64,000 bases of DNA. Source: Eledone cirrhosa. Lineage: Eukaryota. Below the pieces are notes generated by a model. It ran no database searches. It had not been told where the DNA came from and saw only the letters and a program-made list of their open reading frames with translations. The DNA is taken from the NCBI GenBank assembly GCA_964016885.1, contig OZ024741.1:373488001-373552000 (forward strand), read 5' to 3'. Made by a program: the position numbers and the translations under genes. Numbering within the stretch: the first letter of the stretch is position 1; each line of letters begins with the position of its first letter. Positions 26,625-40,780 of the stretch are shown here, in pieces.

Positions 26625-27347
26625 CCTATTCACATGTCTGTGGTAGAAACAGAAGTTTACTCTGTTAATTGTCTTCAAATTAGGAACAAAAGACATTTCT
26701 ACATTTCTCTAAATTAGCAGCAGAAACAGAACAACAGATAGTTTAATACATCTTTTTTTTCTTTTATTAAAAAGTCAAATTCATTTATAGGAATTTTTAG
26801 AGAGATCCTACATAAAAATTAGCCAATATTTTTTAGGTGAATAGGGAAGATGTTAAATTGAAACAAATAAGCTTAACTCACAGACATATATTTATCTGAA
26901 TTTGCTATGACACAGAGAGAGAAAGGAGAAAATCAATAATATCTTCTCTATTGCTTCATCATGACACAGTGTAGGTGTGGAGATCTATGCTAGCAGAAAG
27001 AGGAAGTAAATAACTAAACATCACAAAACTGTAATTAATGGTTAGAATATACACATGGATGATAGTGGATAGACTGCATTCCTCATCTGCTGGTAGATTA
27101 GCAGACACTAAACTATATAGTATACCAACTGACGCTGTATAGGGCAACTGATGATTAAGTATATACACACCAACAGATGCATTCCATAAACTAGCAAATA
27201 ACACGGGATAGATAGGTCAGTAGGTGATAGAGCTGAAACATCAGATGCTGAAGACAGTCTTATACATAATAAGGGATATAATGAACAGGTGTATTGGATA
27301 GATAAACAGAAAGTTAACACATATATTACAACAAAAGATCAGAAAGA

Positions 27348-27655
27348 CGCTTTAGTTGTCTCAAAGGTGTGATAATCTGCCTAGTGCTGGTGATCTACAC
27401 AATAAATACACCCAGTACACTCTGTAAAGTGATTTGTAATTGAAATGGCAAACAAAGAGTTGGGAGGATTCTTCAGCTGTCTCAAAGACATGACAATCTC
27501 CCTAGTGCTAGTGGCTACACAATAAATTCACCCAGTACGCTCTCTAAAATGGTTTGTGATAGAAATGGCCCCCACCCATAGAAAGCCTGCCAAACAAAGA
27601 GTCAAGAGGACCCTTCAGTTGTGTCAAAGACATATCAATCTAAATAGTGCTGGTC
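27348..27655 (+). repeat. Degenerate ~125-bp tandem repeat of SINE/LINE-tail-like sequence (related copy 23560-23740)
   Basis: CTTCAGCTGTCTCAAAGAC...CTAGTGCTGGTG...CACCCAGTACACTCTGTAAA is repeated ~2.5 times. Confidence 0.55.
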
Positions 27656-27989
27656 ATCAACGGTTTTCAACTAAGGAGTATGGTTGTTACTCATTTACTG
27701 TTAACTCTTTTGATACCAAACCATGATATTTTGTATAAAAGACACTGCTTATAATTTCCAAATGTTTTTGAAAATAATCAAGAATTTAGAAAGATTTAGT
27801 AATATAAGTAGCTTTTCCATTATTAAGCTGGTGTTGGAGCATAACTTAACAAAATTTCTTATATCAAATTATAGTGGAAAATGTTTAGATAAATATAATC
27901 ATATAAAAATAAACAGCTTATTATCATGGAACCAGGAGCAAAGCAAACCAGAAAAGACTTCAACCATCAACAGCTAATAACCTCTACAT

Positions 27990-28500
27990 AGGATAGGGAA
28001 GATCTACAGTTAAGTACTGCTTCCCCATTTGTACAGATATTGTTGTTACTCATACTGACATCCTAGACTGCATCCAGAAAAAAAGCCACTCAGCTAAATG
28101 GTTTAAAGTCCCTGTCTGACATTTTTCACAAACTTGCTGTCTCCTCCCTCTATTTCTTCTACCGATACTACTACAATAGTTTTGTTCTTTAGAGCTTCCT
28201 AAACCCATGCATCCTTCATTCCAGCCCCTGGCTCACAAACATGCTCTCTCCTCCTCTTCTACAGTTACTACAATGGTCTCTGTTCATTGGAGCTTGCTAA
28301 ACTCATGTCACGTCAACCCAGGCAGTCTCTCATGATTCCATTGTCTCTCTTATCACCCATGTTGTGTCGAACCCTCCATGCCCTATACAAACCACTTCAC
28401 CCAGTTCTTTCTACCCTCTGGAACTCTCTCCCTGCTCATGTCTATCTCAAAGGAATGGACCTGTAACAATTTAAAGAAGACATCAATAGCATCAATCTCC
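27990..28500 (+). mobile_element. Decayed L2/CR1/Jockey-group LINE 3' end
   Basis: Readable remnants LDCIQKKA, LFLYRYYYN / LFYSYYNGLCSLEL and LWNSLP, typical of the ORF2 C-terminus in these clades. Confidence 0.6.
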
Positions 28501-28512
28501 AGTCTTGAAGGG

Positions 28513-30295
28513 TCTGTGAAAACCATGAATACAGTGACTTATTCCAGACCTATTGTGAAAACATGGGTTCTGTGCCTTCCTCCAGACCTATTGTGAAGGC
28601 CATGGGTTCTGTGCCTTCCACCAGACCTAATGTGAAGGTCATGGGTTCTGTGCCTTCCTCCAGACCTAATGTGAAGAACATGGATACAGTGCCTTTCTCC
28701 AGACTGACTGTGAAAACCATGGATACAGTGCCTTCCTCCAGACCTATTGTGAAGGCCATGGATACAATGCCTTCCTCCAGACCTATTGTGAAGGCTATGG
28801 ATACAGTGCCTTCCTCCAGACCTACTTGAAGGCCATGGATACAATGCCTTCCTCCAGACCTATTGTGAAGGCCATGGATACAATGCCTTCCTCCAGACCT
28901 ATTGTGAAGGCCATGGATACAATGCCTTACTCCAGACCTATGGTGAAGGCCATGGGTACTGGGCCTTCCTCCAGACCTACTTGAAGGCCATGGATACAAT
29001 GCCTTACTCCAGACCTATGGTGAAGGCCATGGGTACTGGGCCTTCCTCCAGACCTATGGTGAAGGCCATGGGTACTGGGCCTTCCTCCAGACCTAGTGTG
29101 AAGGCCATGGGTTCTGTGCCTTCCTCCAGACCTAATGTGAAGAACATGGGTACTGTGCCTTCCTCCAGACCTATTGTGAAGGCCATGGATACAGTGCCTT
29201 TCTCCAGACCTACTTGAAGGACATGGATACAGTGCCTTACTCCAGACCTACTTGAAGGCTATGGGTACTGGGCCTTCCTCCAGATCGACTGTGAAAACCA
29301 TGGGTACAGTGTATTACTCCAGACTGACTGTGAAAACCATGGATACAGTGTATTACTCCAGACTGACTGTGAAAACCATGGATACAGTACCTTCCTCCAG
29401 ACCTATTGTGAAGGCCATGGATACAGTGCCTTTCTCCAGACCTACTTGAAGGCCATGGATACAGTGCCTTACTCCAGACCTACTTGAAGGCCATGGATAC
29501 AGTGTATTACTCCAGACCTATTGTGAAGGCCATGGATACTGTGCCTTCCTCCAGACCTAATGTGAAGACCATGGATACCTTGCCTTACTCCAGACCTACT
29601 TGAAGGCTATGGGTACTGGGCCTTCCTCCAGATCGACTGTGAAAACCATGGATACAGTGCCTTCCTCCAGACTGACTGTGAAAACCATGGGTACAGTGTA
29701 TTACTCCAGACTGACTGTGAAAACCATGGATACAGTGTATTACTCCAGACTGACTGTGAAAACCATGGATACAGTACCTTCCTCCAGACCTATTGTGAAG
29801 GCTATGGATACCTTGCCTTTCTCCAGACTGACTGTGAAGGCCATGGATACAGTGCCTTTCTCCAGACTGACTGTGAAAACCATGGATACAGTGCCTTCCT
29901 CCAGACTGACTGTGAAAACCATGGGTACAGTGTATTACTCCAGACTGACTGTGAAAACCATGGATACAGTGTATTACTCCAGACTGACTGTGAAAACCAT
30001 GGATACAGTACCTTCCTCCAGACCTATTGTGAAGGCTATGGATACCTTGCCTTTCTCCAGACTGACTGTGAAGGCCATGGATACAGTGCCTTTCTCCAGA
30101 CTGACTGTGAAAACCATGGATACAGTGCCTTCCTCCAGACTGACTGTGAAAACCATGGGTACAGTGTATTACTCCAGATCGACTATGAAAACCATGGGTA
30201 CAGTGTATTACTCCAGACCTACCATGAAGACCATGGGTACTGTGACTTACTCCAGACCTATTCTGAAGACCATGTGTAGTGTGCCTTCCTACCAA
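28513..30295. repeat. 39-bp minisatellite (CTCCAGACCTATTGTGAAGGCCATGGATACAGTGCCTTC), ~46 units, with 37-bp variants and a 234-bp higher-order duplication
   Basis: Directly visible. Identical ORFs 29740-29922 and 29974-30156 are offset by 234 bp (6 units). Confidence 0.95.
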
Positions 30296-30728
30296 GTGAA
30301 AAAAATAGCCAATATGATAGTCATCTAACCAAAGCTTCATGTTTTATCTGTAGGGACTATGTTTTATTTACATTACAACATAATATATTCTGTAACAAGG
30401 AAAGGATTAGGGTAGCTAATGAAGAAGCAAAGAATATGCAGAACAACTTGTATGAGATTATCAGAAAATTGTGCTAATGTATTTAATTATTCTGTAGATC
30501 TTCTTATGGGATGAATCAAAATACTTAACAACTACAACAAATCCTTATATAAACACTTTAAAAAAATCACCACAAAACCTCAGTCACTACAATAAACAAC
30601 GAAACCTCCAACAGAGGAGCCACTGTATAGTCACTTAACATGCTAAAAACAACAATCAAATCTCTCTCAAAATACACCTTACTGTTTAAAAAAAAAGGAA
30701 GGTCAAATTGGATTGAGTAGTTCAAAAT

Positions 30729-31047
30729 CAGTGGTTCCCCACCTTTTGTGCACTATGCTCCATCTCAACATCTCAAAAATTGTTATTCCCTCCTTTGATA
30801 TGAAAACAGCAATGATCAACTGCAAAGTGTAAACAAATTGGCCATTTAGGTGGTGCCAGATGCACAATAACCTGTGTCGAGGAAGTGAAACAGGAGTTTC
30901 CAACAGTAATATGTACCGAAGTTGCCTTGGTGTAAAAGTTTGTTCTCATTAATATCATTTTCAAATTGCCCCCTAAATATTCAAATTGCTCCCTTAAATA
31001 TTCAAATTTCTCCCATGTGAAGCATGCACCCCATGTAGGGAATCACT
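30729..31047. mobile_element. Possible hAT (Charlie-like) MITE remnant
   Basis: CAGTGGTTCCCA ... GGGAATCACT termini. Confidence 0.4.
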
Positions 31048-32019
31048 TTTAAATATACTATATGTGAACAACTGGTCATGGCTGGAACGCCTTTGATAAC
31101 AAATCTACTTGATCAAGAGAGGTCTCAAGAACAATAACAACAACTGCTTTCTTTCACAAGCCAACAAGAAAGTCTCCACATGGTCATTCGACTAGTTAGA
31201 AATAGCAGCCAAGCCTACTTCACACTCCCTACAATCTTTAAAAATGGACAAATTAGATAATGTAATTTTAGATATATTATGTATGCATAAAAAACATTTT
31301 TTTTATTTTATTTTTTTTATTTAGAATAAGGTTACTGATTATTGCACATCAAATCACTAAACTATGAGAACTTTGATTGTGCAGAACATAAACAAATATT
31401 ACCACCCATGCCATCAAAGTTAAATTTGAAGAGGAGGACAGAGGCAAACTGATAGGCCACATATGCAGACACTTATGTACCATCATCATCATTTAACATT
31501 CGTTTTCCCAGCTAGCATGGATAACTGGAGAGTCCTCTCAACATTGTTTTGATATATATATATATATATAGATATATATATCTATATAATCATTTCATAT
31601 GAATGAGACAATTTTAGTCCTGTAGAAGTCATTTCTATATATATAATAAAGAGGTCTATACTCTACCAACGTATTGAGTACCTTTTTTTTATCTGTGGTG
31701 TGTTTCTGTGAATTTTTATGTAGTTTTTTTTGTGTACGTGTGTGTACACGTGTGTATCTTGTGTGTGTGTGGGGGGGGGGGTAAGTTTGTGTATACACGT
31801 GTGTACCTGAACTTTTTATGCATTTTTTGCGTGTCTGTGTTTACACGTTTGTGTGTGTGTGTAAGCTTATGTATGAATGTGAGCATGCTGGTGTGTTTTC
31901 ATACGTGTATACACGTGTGTCTGAATTTTTAAATGTATTTTTATGTGTGCATATATATATATATATATATACACACACATAAAAATATATATCAAAATAT
32001 ATATTATATATAATATATA

Positions 32020-33093
32020 TCTACTATATAAATTGGAAGTTGTCGGACGTTGTAAATTTAAGTAAGTAAGTGTAGTCGGATAAACGTCGAAACGGCTTGG
32101 TGGAATGCAGCGAAAATTTACACAGTTATGCAGAATGACCCGAGGAGGCGTTGGGTCGACTTTCAAGCTACAAGCTTCTATGGTTACGGAGAAAATCGAT
32201 GAAACAGGAATTTCCCATTCAAATTGAACTGAGAGTAATCTGTGAACGCAGAAGTAAATATTTCGAGAAACGTTGCAACCGAACGAAAACAGGAAGACGA
32301 TATTTTGGTTCGTGAAGACGTTCCCTGGCAATGAACGGGAAAAAAGGGAGGATAATACGTCGTTATGTGGAACGAGAAGAACAATTTCATACAAAGACAA
32401 GACCAAGTTTATGGTATAAATGAAGTCGTTAGACTAATATTCTATTTAAAATAACAGAATGATTTCCAGCCCCGGAGTTTAAGAATGATGTAAATAAAAT
32501 TTAAAACGAAAATGACAGAGGTTATTAAAATAGTAAAAGTAAATAATGAAGATTTAGGCCAGTACATACGTATGCCCCGACGGACATACACATACATACG
32601 CACACACAAATACATACACACCCACAAACAAACACGCACGTACGCACGTATGTATAAACATTATGCATTTCTACAGTATTTTCACCAAACTTAAGACATA
32701 GGTTACTTATGTACTCCGGATGGTCATGGACACTTTCATTTTTCCAGATATTGATTATAGGGCCTTCCCGGCAGATAACCCCTTTAACCACTTTAACCAC
32801 TTTCTTGGAGTCGACTGAAGCACTGCAGTGCAATGCAACAAAACGTCATAACTTCTGGAGTTTGCAACCGATTTTCACAAAACTTGACATATGGGCTACG
32901 TTTGTCCTACAGATGAAGTGAACTCTCAGAATTGGCACATATTGAGTAGGGGACCCCTGGGGGAAGGAACCCCCTTTTGGAAAAAGCCGATGATTTTGTA
33001 AAAGTATAGTTTTCGAAGCAGCAGTAAAGTATTGACATAAATGGTATACACAACTGCTATTTAATACCCGAGCAACGCCGGGTACTCTGCTAG
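32020..33093 (+). mobile_element. Non-autonomous Helitron
   Basis: 5' A|TCTACTATATAA. 3' hairpin TACCCG-AGCAACGC-CGGGTA, then CTCTG-CTAG|T (CTAG at 33090-33093). No TSD. The 5' boundary is less certain. Confidence 0.75.
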
Positions 33094-33624
33094 TATTATA
33101 TATAATATATATTTAACCCTTGCAAGCAGCGAAAAGCGGACGTAAAATGATGATGATGATGATATGCATATAGCTTCTAATTTGAATAGAGAAGGATGAG
33201 TGATGTATTGGTGTAATAGTAGCACAGTGGTCTAGATAACCAAAGATGTGGGTTTGACTCCCATGTGCATCAATACTCATCCTTTTCTGTTCAGAGGGTT
33301 TTTTTAAATCTGCATTATCAGGCTAATTTCTTTAGTCAAAATATGGCGTAACCTTATATTTCTACTTAATACCAAACTTCGCTCGCTGTCTTCAAAAACT
33401 TGCTTTGGAGAGAGAAAGAGAGAAAGAGAGAAAGAGAGAGAGAGAATAAACAAGATAAACACAGAGATGCAAAAACAGAGTCTTATAATTTTCACACTTG
33501 GGAATGAAGATAAATAAATAAGATTTATATTGAAGTTTATATTTCATAAAAAATATAGTACATATTACTTTTTATTTGAGTTTGCTGAGTCCTTACAATG
33601 TCATTAATATCGCTTCTGAAGATG

Positions 33625-34166
33625 TACAATATTTAATGTTTCTACTTTTGGTACAAGGTCAGCGATTATCCCAGTGCATTACTTGGTGCTTTATTTTCTC
33701 AACCCCGAAAGGACGAAGGCAAAGTTAACCTCAGCAGGATTTGAACTCAGACCGTAAAGGGCCATAACTGTGCTGCTAACCATGGCGTCTGACCCTCTAC
33801 TGATACTGCCAACCCAACACCCTTGTACAATATTTAATTCTTTCTACTTTTGTCACAAGGCCAGCAATTACTCAGTGTATTACTGGTACTTTATTTTATC
33901 GACCCCCCATAAGGATGAAAGGCAAAGTTGACCTCGGCAGGATTTGAACTCAGAATGGCAAGGGCCGTAACTCTATGCATCAAAGCATGACGTTCGACCC
34001 TCTACCGATACTGCCAAATACAATATTTAATTGTTTCTACTTTTGGCACAAGGCCAGCAATTATCCTAGTGTATTACTGGTACTTTATTTTATCGATCCC
34101 GTAAGGATGAAAGGCAAAGTTAACCTCGCCAGGATTTGAGGTAACTTTGCAAATACAATATTTAAT
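33625..34166 (-). mobile_element. Head-to-tail trimer of tRNA-derived SINEs separated by a 13-bp direct repeat
   Basis: Three SINE copies; TACAATATTTAAT at 33625, 33826, 34019 and 34154. Confidence 0.85.
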
Positions 34167-34444
34167 GATGCTTTGTTATACTCAATATTTTCCCTCCTTA
34201 ATTAAATTGAAATAACATAAGCATTAGTTGAATAAGATGTATTGAAATATTTCTAAGTCTATTAATTGGTTTAAAGAAATTTACTCTATCATCTCATATG
34301 TTCTGTGTTATTAAATGTCCTTAATTTCTTCTATTCTTTAAACAACATCGCTTCTGAATTTCTGTTTCTATCTATAACGACATAAACACATTAAGCTTGA
34401 AAATCTTATTACTTGGCAGTATTAACTCTCTTTGGATTAACTCC

Positions 34445-34540
34445 AGATGGATGTATGGATGGATGTATGGATGGATGAATGGATAAAAGGATGAATGGAT
34501 GGATGGACAGCAGATGGATGGATGAATGAATTCATGGACG
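34445..34540. repeat. (GATG)n-type microsatellite
   Basis: Directly visible. Confidence 0.85.
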
Positions 34541-34853
34541 GATTTCTCCATTTTAATGTTATACACAAAACAATAATACTCTAAATATCCTATACGAGGC
34601 ACCGTGTTGATACTAGTTACACCTCCAGAATAGTTTATCTAAATAAGTAGATATCCTTATCTACCACTTCCAAACAACCAGTTCATGGCTGGCTGTCCTA
34701 GCCAATCATGAAAGCACCTTATATTAACAAACTCATTCTTTGAGTTGAATACACAACCTTTCATGAATAGAATGTTTATGAACTACAAGCAAAATCACAT
34801 CTGTGAAACTTAACTTTTTATTACTCTTACTACAGCTGTTACAAATTATTGTA

Positions 34854-36156
34854 CGAGGTGTTATTAAAAAGTTCCCGGACTAGTTATGTTTATAAAAACT
34901 AATATATTTACCTAAGTTTTAATATTATTTTCTTTAAAATAGTCACCTTGCATAGCAATACACTGGTCCCAGCATTCCTGCCACTTTTGGAATATGGTCT
35001 GGAAGTTGTTTTCCCTAAATTGAGGACCCTCTGTGATTCACTCTGGATCTTGGCAATGGTATTAAAACAGTGACTTTTGAGCTGTATTTTCACCTTGGAG
35101 AAGAGATGGAAGTCTGCAGTTGCTAAATCTGGTGAATAGGGCAGGTGTGGAAGTGATACAATATTATTTTTGGTGAGAAACTCACTACTGAGGCGAGATC
35201 GGTGATAGGGTGCATTGTCGTCATGAAGAATCCAATTCTTCAGACTCCACAGATCCAGTCGCTTTCACCAAACATCCTCCCTCAAACACTACAAGTTGCA
35301 GTAGAACTCTCGATTGACGGACTGGACCTGGGGGATGGATTCTTGATGCACAATACCATGGATGTCGAAAAAAGTGATTGAGCATGCTCTTGATCGAGCT
35401 GTGGCTTCTTTGGTCGTGGAGATGATGGACTTTTTCACTGCTACGATTGCTGCTTCATCTCAGGGTCATACCCATAAACCCAACTCTCATTACCAGAGAA
35501 AATCCTCAACATGAAGGATAGGTTATCAGCAACACGCTAGCAGAGATTTTTCACAGACTTTGACGTGATGTTCTTTCTGCTCAGTGGTCAGCAAGTGGGG
35601 GACAAACTTGGCAGCGACACATCGCATGTTCATTTCAGACATTAGGATTGCCTACATGGACCCATATGACAGACCAACAACATCAGCAATATCATTGACT
35701 GTCCTCCAACTATCCTCATGCACAAACTTATTAATTTTCCCCACATTTCCATTCTTTATGCTCCTGGTAGGCCTTCCAGATCATTTATCATCTTCCAGGC
35801 TCATTCTTCCACTTTTGAAGCACGTGTGCCACTTAAAACATTATGTACGATCCCTTGCCTCATTCCTGTAAGCTTGCCGAAGCATGCTCAATGTCTCTGT
35901 AGCAGACTTCCCATTTTAAATGCAAAATTTCCCATTGGCTCTTTGTTCCAACTTCCTGTTCATAACAAAACCACATGCTACAGTTTACACATAGTCACAA
36001 AACATAAATTTCACAACTTGCAAAGTGAACACAGCAATGTCACTCAGCGCACTGGTGCATGAAGATTGCTGCTAGCTCTCACAGTGCCTGCAACCATGTG
36101 TTGCCATTTGTTGGCAAACTGCAGAACTAGTCTGGAAAGTTTTTGATGCCACCTCA
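34854..36156 (-). mobile_element. Mariner (DD34D) transposon, full-length but with a decayed transposase (~35963 to ~34925, minus strand)
   Basis: TA-flanked TIRs CGAGGTGTTATTAAAAAGTTCCCGGACTAGTT / AACTAGTCTGGAAAGTTTTTGATGCCACCTCA. Minus-strand remnants MNRKLEQR, FKWH..FKSGR.SLEDD..SGRP, GNESWVYGYDPE, HDDNAP, PYSPDLA.AD, QGDYF. Confidence 0.9.
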
Positions 36157-36411
36157 TATGTTTATGTATGCATAAATTCACAACTATTGATGGAATTGTA
36201 GAGATGCTGTCATGGTGTATGTCTTAAGCACTTTAAACCTTCGGAACCCATCCTCTTCCCCATGTCTAAACACAGCTGATTTATTCCAGAGAAAAAGAGA
36301 GAGAGGGTGTGTGTGACAGAGAGGTACACTATATTTCTGTATGTCATAATAGGCAACAAAAAGAGATGGCCCCAGGAAGGGTACCCAGCTGTAAGTAAAA
36401 GAGATATAGAA

Positions 36412-36764
36412 TAAGGTTTCCCAACCTGGGTGATATTGCCCACCTGTGAGCGATATCAAATGTTGAGTGAGCGATGAGCAACTGAATAGAAAATGGTGGG
36501 TGACTGGAAATTTTGGTGGACGATATAGGATTTTGCGTCTTAAAAAGGTATTTGAACATAGGCTACCCAAAAACACTTTTTCAAAGGGAATATATAAAGA
36601 ACCTGTACAAAAAAAAAAACAGGAGGCTAAATGGGAATAATGAACCAGTAACATTTACCGAAAAGTTTTTGGTATGCTTTTGAATATTTACTATACAGGT
36701 GGGCAGTGGAAAAAATGTTCAATGTGAAAGTGGGTGATGATGAAAAAAAGGTTGAGAACCCCTA
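36412..36764. mobile_element. Possible hAT-type MITE
   Basis: TAAGGTTTCCCAACCT ... AAAAAGGTTGAGAACCCCTA termini. Confidence 0.5.
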
Positions 36765-37146
36765 ATATAGAGGAAAGATCGACTCCAGTACTAGACTGGT
36801 ACATTTTTATCAACCTGGAAAGGATAAAAGGTAAAACTGACCATTAACAAATTTTTGCAGGCAGTATACATTGAGAATTCATATAATAAATACAATTACT
36901 ATAAATAAATACTGATTAACAATGCAGTAGTTTATAATTCTTCAGTAAAATTGAATGTCTGTCTCTGAAAAAAGATATAAATTTGGAATTTTTATTTAAA
37001 ATATTCCCAGGAGAGAGAAAAAATTTGTTTAGCTTTTCAAATATGAATAAATCACAAAGTTTTGAAAATTGACTGCATGGTTTCATGCTCTTCAAAATTT
37101 TCTTTCTAATTTCACATTTGTTATATGTGACAGTGAAAACACATAG

Positions 37147-37470
37147 TTTAGTGGTTAGAGTGTTCAGCTACCAATTATAATGTCAGCGGATTCTGTCCTT
37201 GAGCAAAACACTATTTCATATTGCTTTAGTCCACTCAGTTGGCAAAATTTAGTTGCACATGTATAATTCAAAGGGGAAGCCGTGACATAAACTGTGTCAC
37301 TCTGAATCCTCCTGGGGACTACAGTGAGGGTACACATGTCTGTGGAATACTCAGCCACTTGCACGTGAATTTCATTGTTCAAACAACTGGAGCTCTCATC
37401 AGCAGAATTGACGGAGATCCAACAAAAACATATGTGACAACACACCTCTTAAATCGATAAAAATAATAAC
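37147..37470 (+). mobile_element. Decayed CORE-type SINE (related minus-strand copy ~38640-38915)
   Basis: TAGTGGTTAGAGTG head and CCTTGAGCAAAACACTATTTCATATTGCT CORE-like block. Confidence 0.6.
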
Positions 37471-37789
37471 AGAGATAATAAAACATCATAAAAAGCATGA
37501 AATGTAGATGTTTGCCTTGCTTAGAAGCCTACAAATACTGTAAATAATTTAGATGCAAAGAGCATTTAAAATATGATATTGTGAAAAATGTAAATTTGTC
37601 AATATTGTTTACATTGAAATTCAATATAAATACATGCTTATTTGGATTTTCAGACCATCTGGTGCTACTTCTGTCTATTCTATTGTATAATAGTGAATGA
37701 TTGAACAGTTGAATAAAAAGTTAGGAAAAGGAGGTCGATTGAGAAGATCCCAGACTTCATTTGCTTACCAAATGGGGTGGACCTCAGCA

Positions 37790-38500
37790 TATTAGACCAA
37801 GGAAGCAATGTTTCCATTGGTTTTTCAATTTCTGATACTATCTACTGGTACCAATTCCTGGCAGATACAGCAACATGAAATAAAATGTCTCACTCAAGGG
37901 CATAATGCATCGCCTAGCCCACGAATCAAATTTGCAAACCACTCAGCCACCTGCCTTTGATCAATAAGACCTCATTCACTTACCGGGTGAGATAGACCTC
38001 AACAAATTGGATGAAGGAAACAATGTTTCCATTGCTGATACTCTCTAGCAGTCACAACTCCTGGCAGTAAGAGCAACATAAAATAAAGTGTCTTGTTCAA
38101 AGACATAACACATCACCTGATCTGGGAATCAAACTCACAACTTCCTGAATCTCTAACCAATAAGCCATTACACTTAATAATAATTGTTTCTACTTTTGGC
38201 ACAAGACCAGCAATTATCCCAGTGCATAACTGGTGCTTTATTTTATTGACCTCGGTGGAATTTGAACTCAGACTGTAAAGCATGGCATCCGATCCTCTAC
38301 TAATCCACTGCCTTTAATAATTATTTCTACTTTTGGCACGAGGCCAGCAATTACCCAGTACATTATTGGTACTTTATTTTATTGATCCCGTAAGGATAAA
38401 AGGCAAAGTTAACCTCGGGGGATTTGAACTCAGAATGGCAAGGACCGTAACTCTATGTGTCAAGGCATGGTGTCCGACCCTCTATTGATACTGCCAATCC
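37790..38500 (-). mobile_element. Cluster of decayed SINEs (two CORE-type, two of the (ATT)n-tail family)
   Basis: CAACATGAAATAAAATGTCT / CAACATAAAATAAAGTGTCTTG blocks resemble 58788-59000. GGATTTGAACTCAGA and CTGGTACTTTATTTTAT blocks follow. Confidence 0.65.
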
Positions 38501-40780
38501 CTCTATCAATACCGCCCAGAGCCTGAATATTTTACAGTGACACATAACTGTGACACGTATATAATTTAGAATTTTATGAGAGTTGACATGTGTTGAATCT
38601 GGTCCGTACTGACATCATCGAATGTTTAAGTTGAATGATGAACAGAACAGCTGCTCATGAAATATATATGCAAGTAGCTGAACAATTCATACATACATAC
38701 ACCCTTAACATAGTTCTAGGAAGATTTAGTGAGATACAGAATGTGACAAGTTTGACCCTTTGAATTGTAAATACAACTCATTTTTATCAACTGAGTTTAC
38801 TGGAGTTATGTTAAATAACTTGTCATGCTAATGTACATAGTGTGTCGCTGGAAATCAAACTCATGACCTTATAAACATGAGCTGAACACCCTAACCACTA
38901 AGCCATATGCCTTCATGGGTTGAAATGCAGCCTTTTAAAAAAATAAATATCTGTATAGCAGAGATATTGTCTCAAACCAATGTGAAATATCTCAGTAGCT
39001 GTCTTCTTTCTACAATGAGACCAGATTCATTGCAGATGTCTATTACTTAATTTAATGAATTCATTGAAATATGCTCTCTGGCCAAAAGTGTAGAATTTAC
39101 CCATAACCACACCCCCATTTCTTTTCAAATTAGAACAAAAATTCTTGAATGCTTGAGAATTTTCTTTAAGAAGAATAAGAAATGTGAACAATTTTTTTTT
39201 TATATAAATATGCTTGAGTTTTAAAGTTGACATATTTAATTATAAAAATAAAAGAAAGCATGAATTTTGAAAATACTTATGAAACAGTATAATTATTTAT
39301 TGAGATTTAGTGAGAGCAAACAAGCATTCAACTGTAAATATGTAATTATATTTAAATGAAGTGAGGTGTTTAACCTTTTAGTTATGCTATATTTCTAATG
39401 AAATGCACTACCTAGGATTTTTAAGTAATTTTGTGACACTCAAGATGTATGGAGGAGCTGGACCACTAACGAGGCTGTTCACCTTACCAACATATCAGGT
39501 GATGCCTATAACAGTGCTTAGCTGTTCCTCGTTATCACCCATGACAAAGCTATAAATATGTTGGCTTGCCTCAAACATTATTAGAATAAAACTCCAGCTC
39601 CTTTTGCTGTGGCATATGATTGCATATGCAGATCTTTTCCTAATTTTTCCCTCTTTTTATTTATATAAATTTCTTAAATAAATTGTGTTTACTGCATATA
39701 CTCGAACATAAGCCAAATATGTATGTAACTAGAAAATTAATGGTAAAATGGAGTAGAGGCAGTTTATATATGCCATCTAAACAACGTGTTGATTAGCTGC
39801 CTTGGCTTATAAATAGGGTTCGGATTTTTGCCCATCTTCAGGCATAAAATAGGGGTGGGGGTTGACTTATATTCAGATCAGCTTATATTTGAGTATATAC
39901 AGTGTATACTAATACATAAATTGTGTTTATCAATAAAGAAACATGAAGAATTTGGAGGAATTTAGTAAAATAACTTTTTCATTATATAACTGTTGTTTGC
40001 AAAATAACTAGACAAAGTGTCTTCCATAAAATTATATAAAATGATAATAGATATTTAGATAGATGTAAACATTTTAAAACAAATTGTTTTATATTGTAGA
40101 ACCAGGTGTGTTTTACATGGAATTATTATCATCATTGGCCTATTTTCCATGCTTGCATGGGTTAGATAGGTTGTCAAGCTATGAGACAAGTCAGGTGATC
40201 ATATCCTGCTCATACAAACTGCTTTTGATTTGGTTTCTACAGTTGGATAACCTTCCTAACACCAACCATGTTACAGTGTGAACTGTGTGCTTTTTATCAT
40301 AACCTCAAAATGATCATCTAACAGGGTGAAATTGGTGATTATTCGTCATGTCACCATCATGACTACCATACAGGGTGGATGGGATGCTATTGTTATTATG
40401 ACACCAGCCTTATCTCCATATAGGGTGGACTAGCTGCTCTTTTTAGTGGCAGCAGCAGTGTGGGAGAGCAGGTGTGGAGTGCATCCAACTTTCCATTCTT
40501 GAATACATGAGCTGGACAGGTGAGGTGTAACAAGGTATGAAAGCTGGAGGGTTGGGGGAGGCACAGTTCAAATTATCACACACACACACATTTGTGGCAG
40601 ACTGATTCATATACAAACTGTGGAAGGATTAATAAGATTTCTTGAAATAGCCTTGATATGAGAAATGGGTTCTGTTAGAGACATATATTGCAGGGCCAGA
40701 CTTTCACCTGCTGAAGCCTGAAGCTATATGAAATTTGAGGCCCTTCTCTACAAAATGTAATTATTATTTTTTATATTAAT

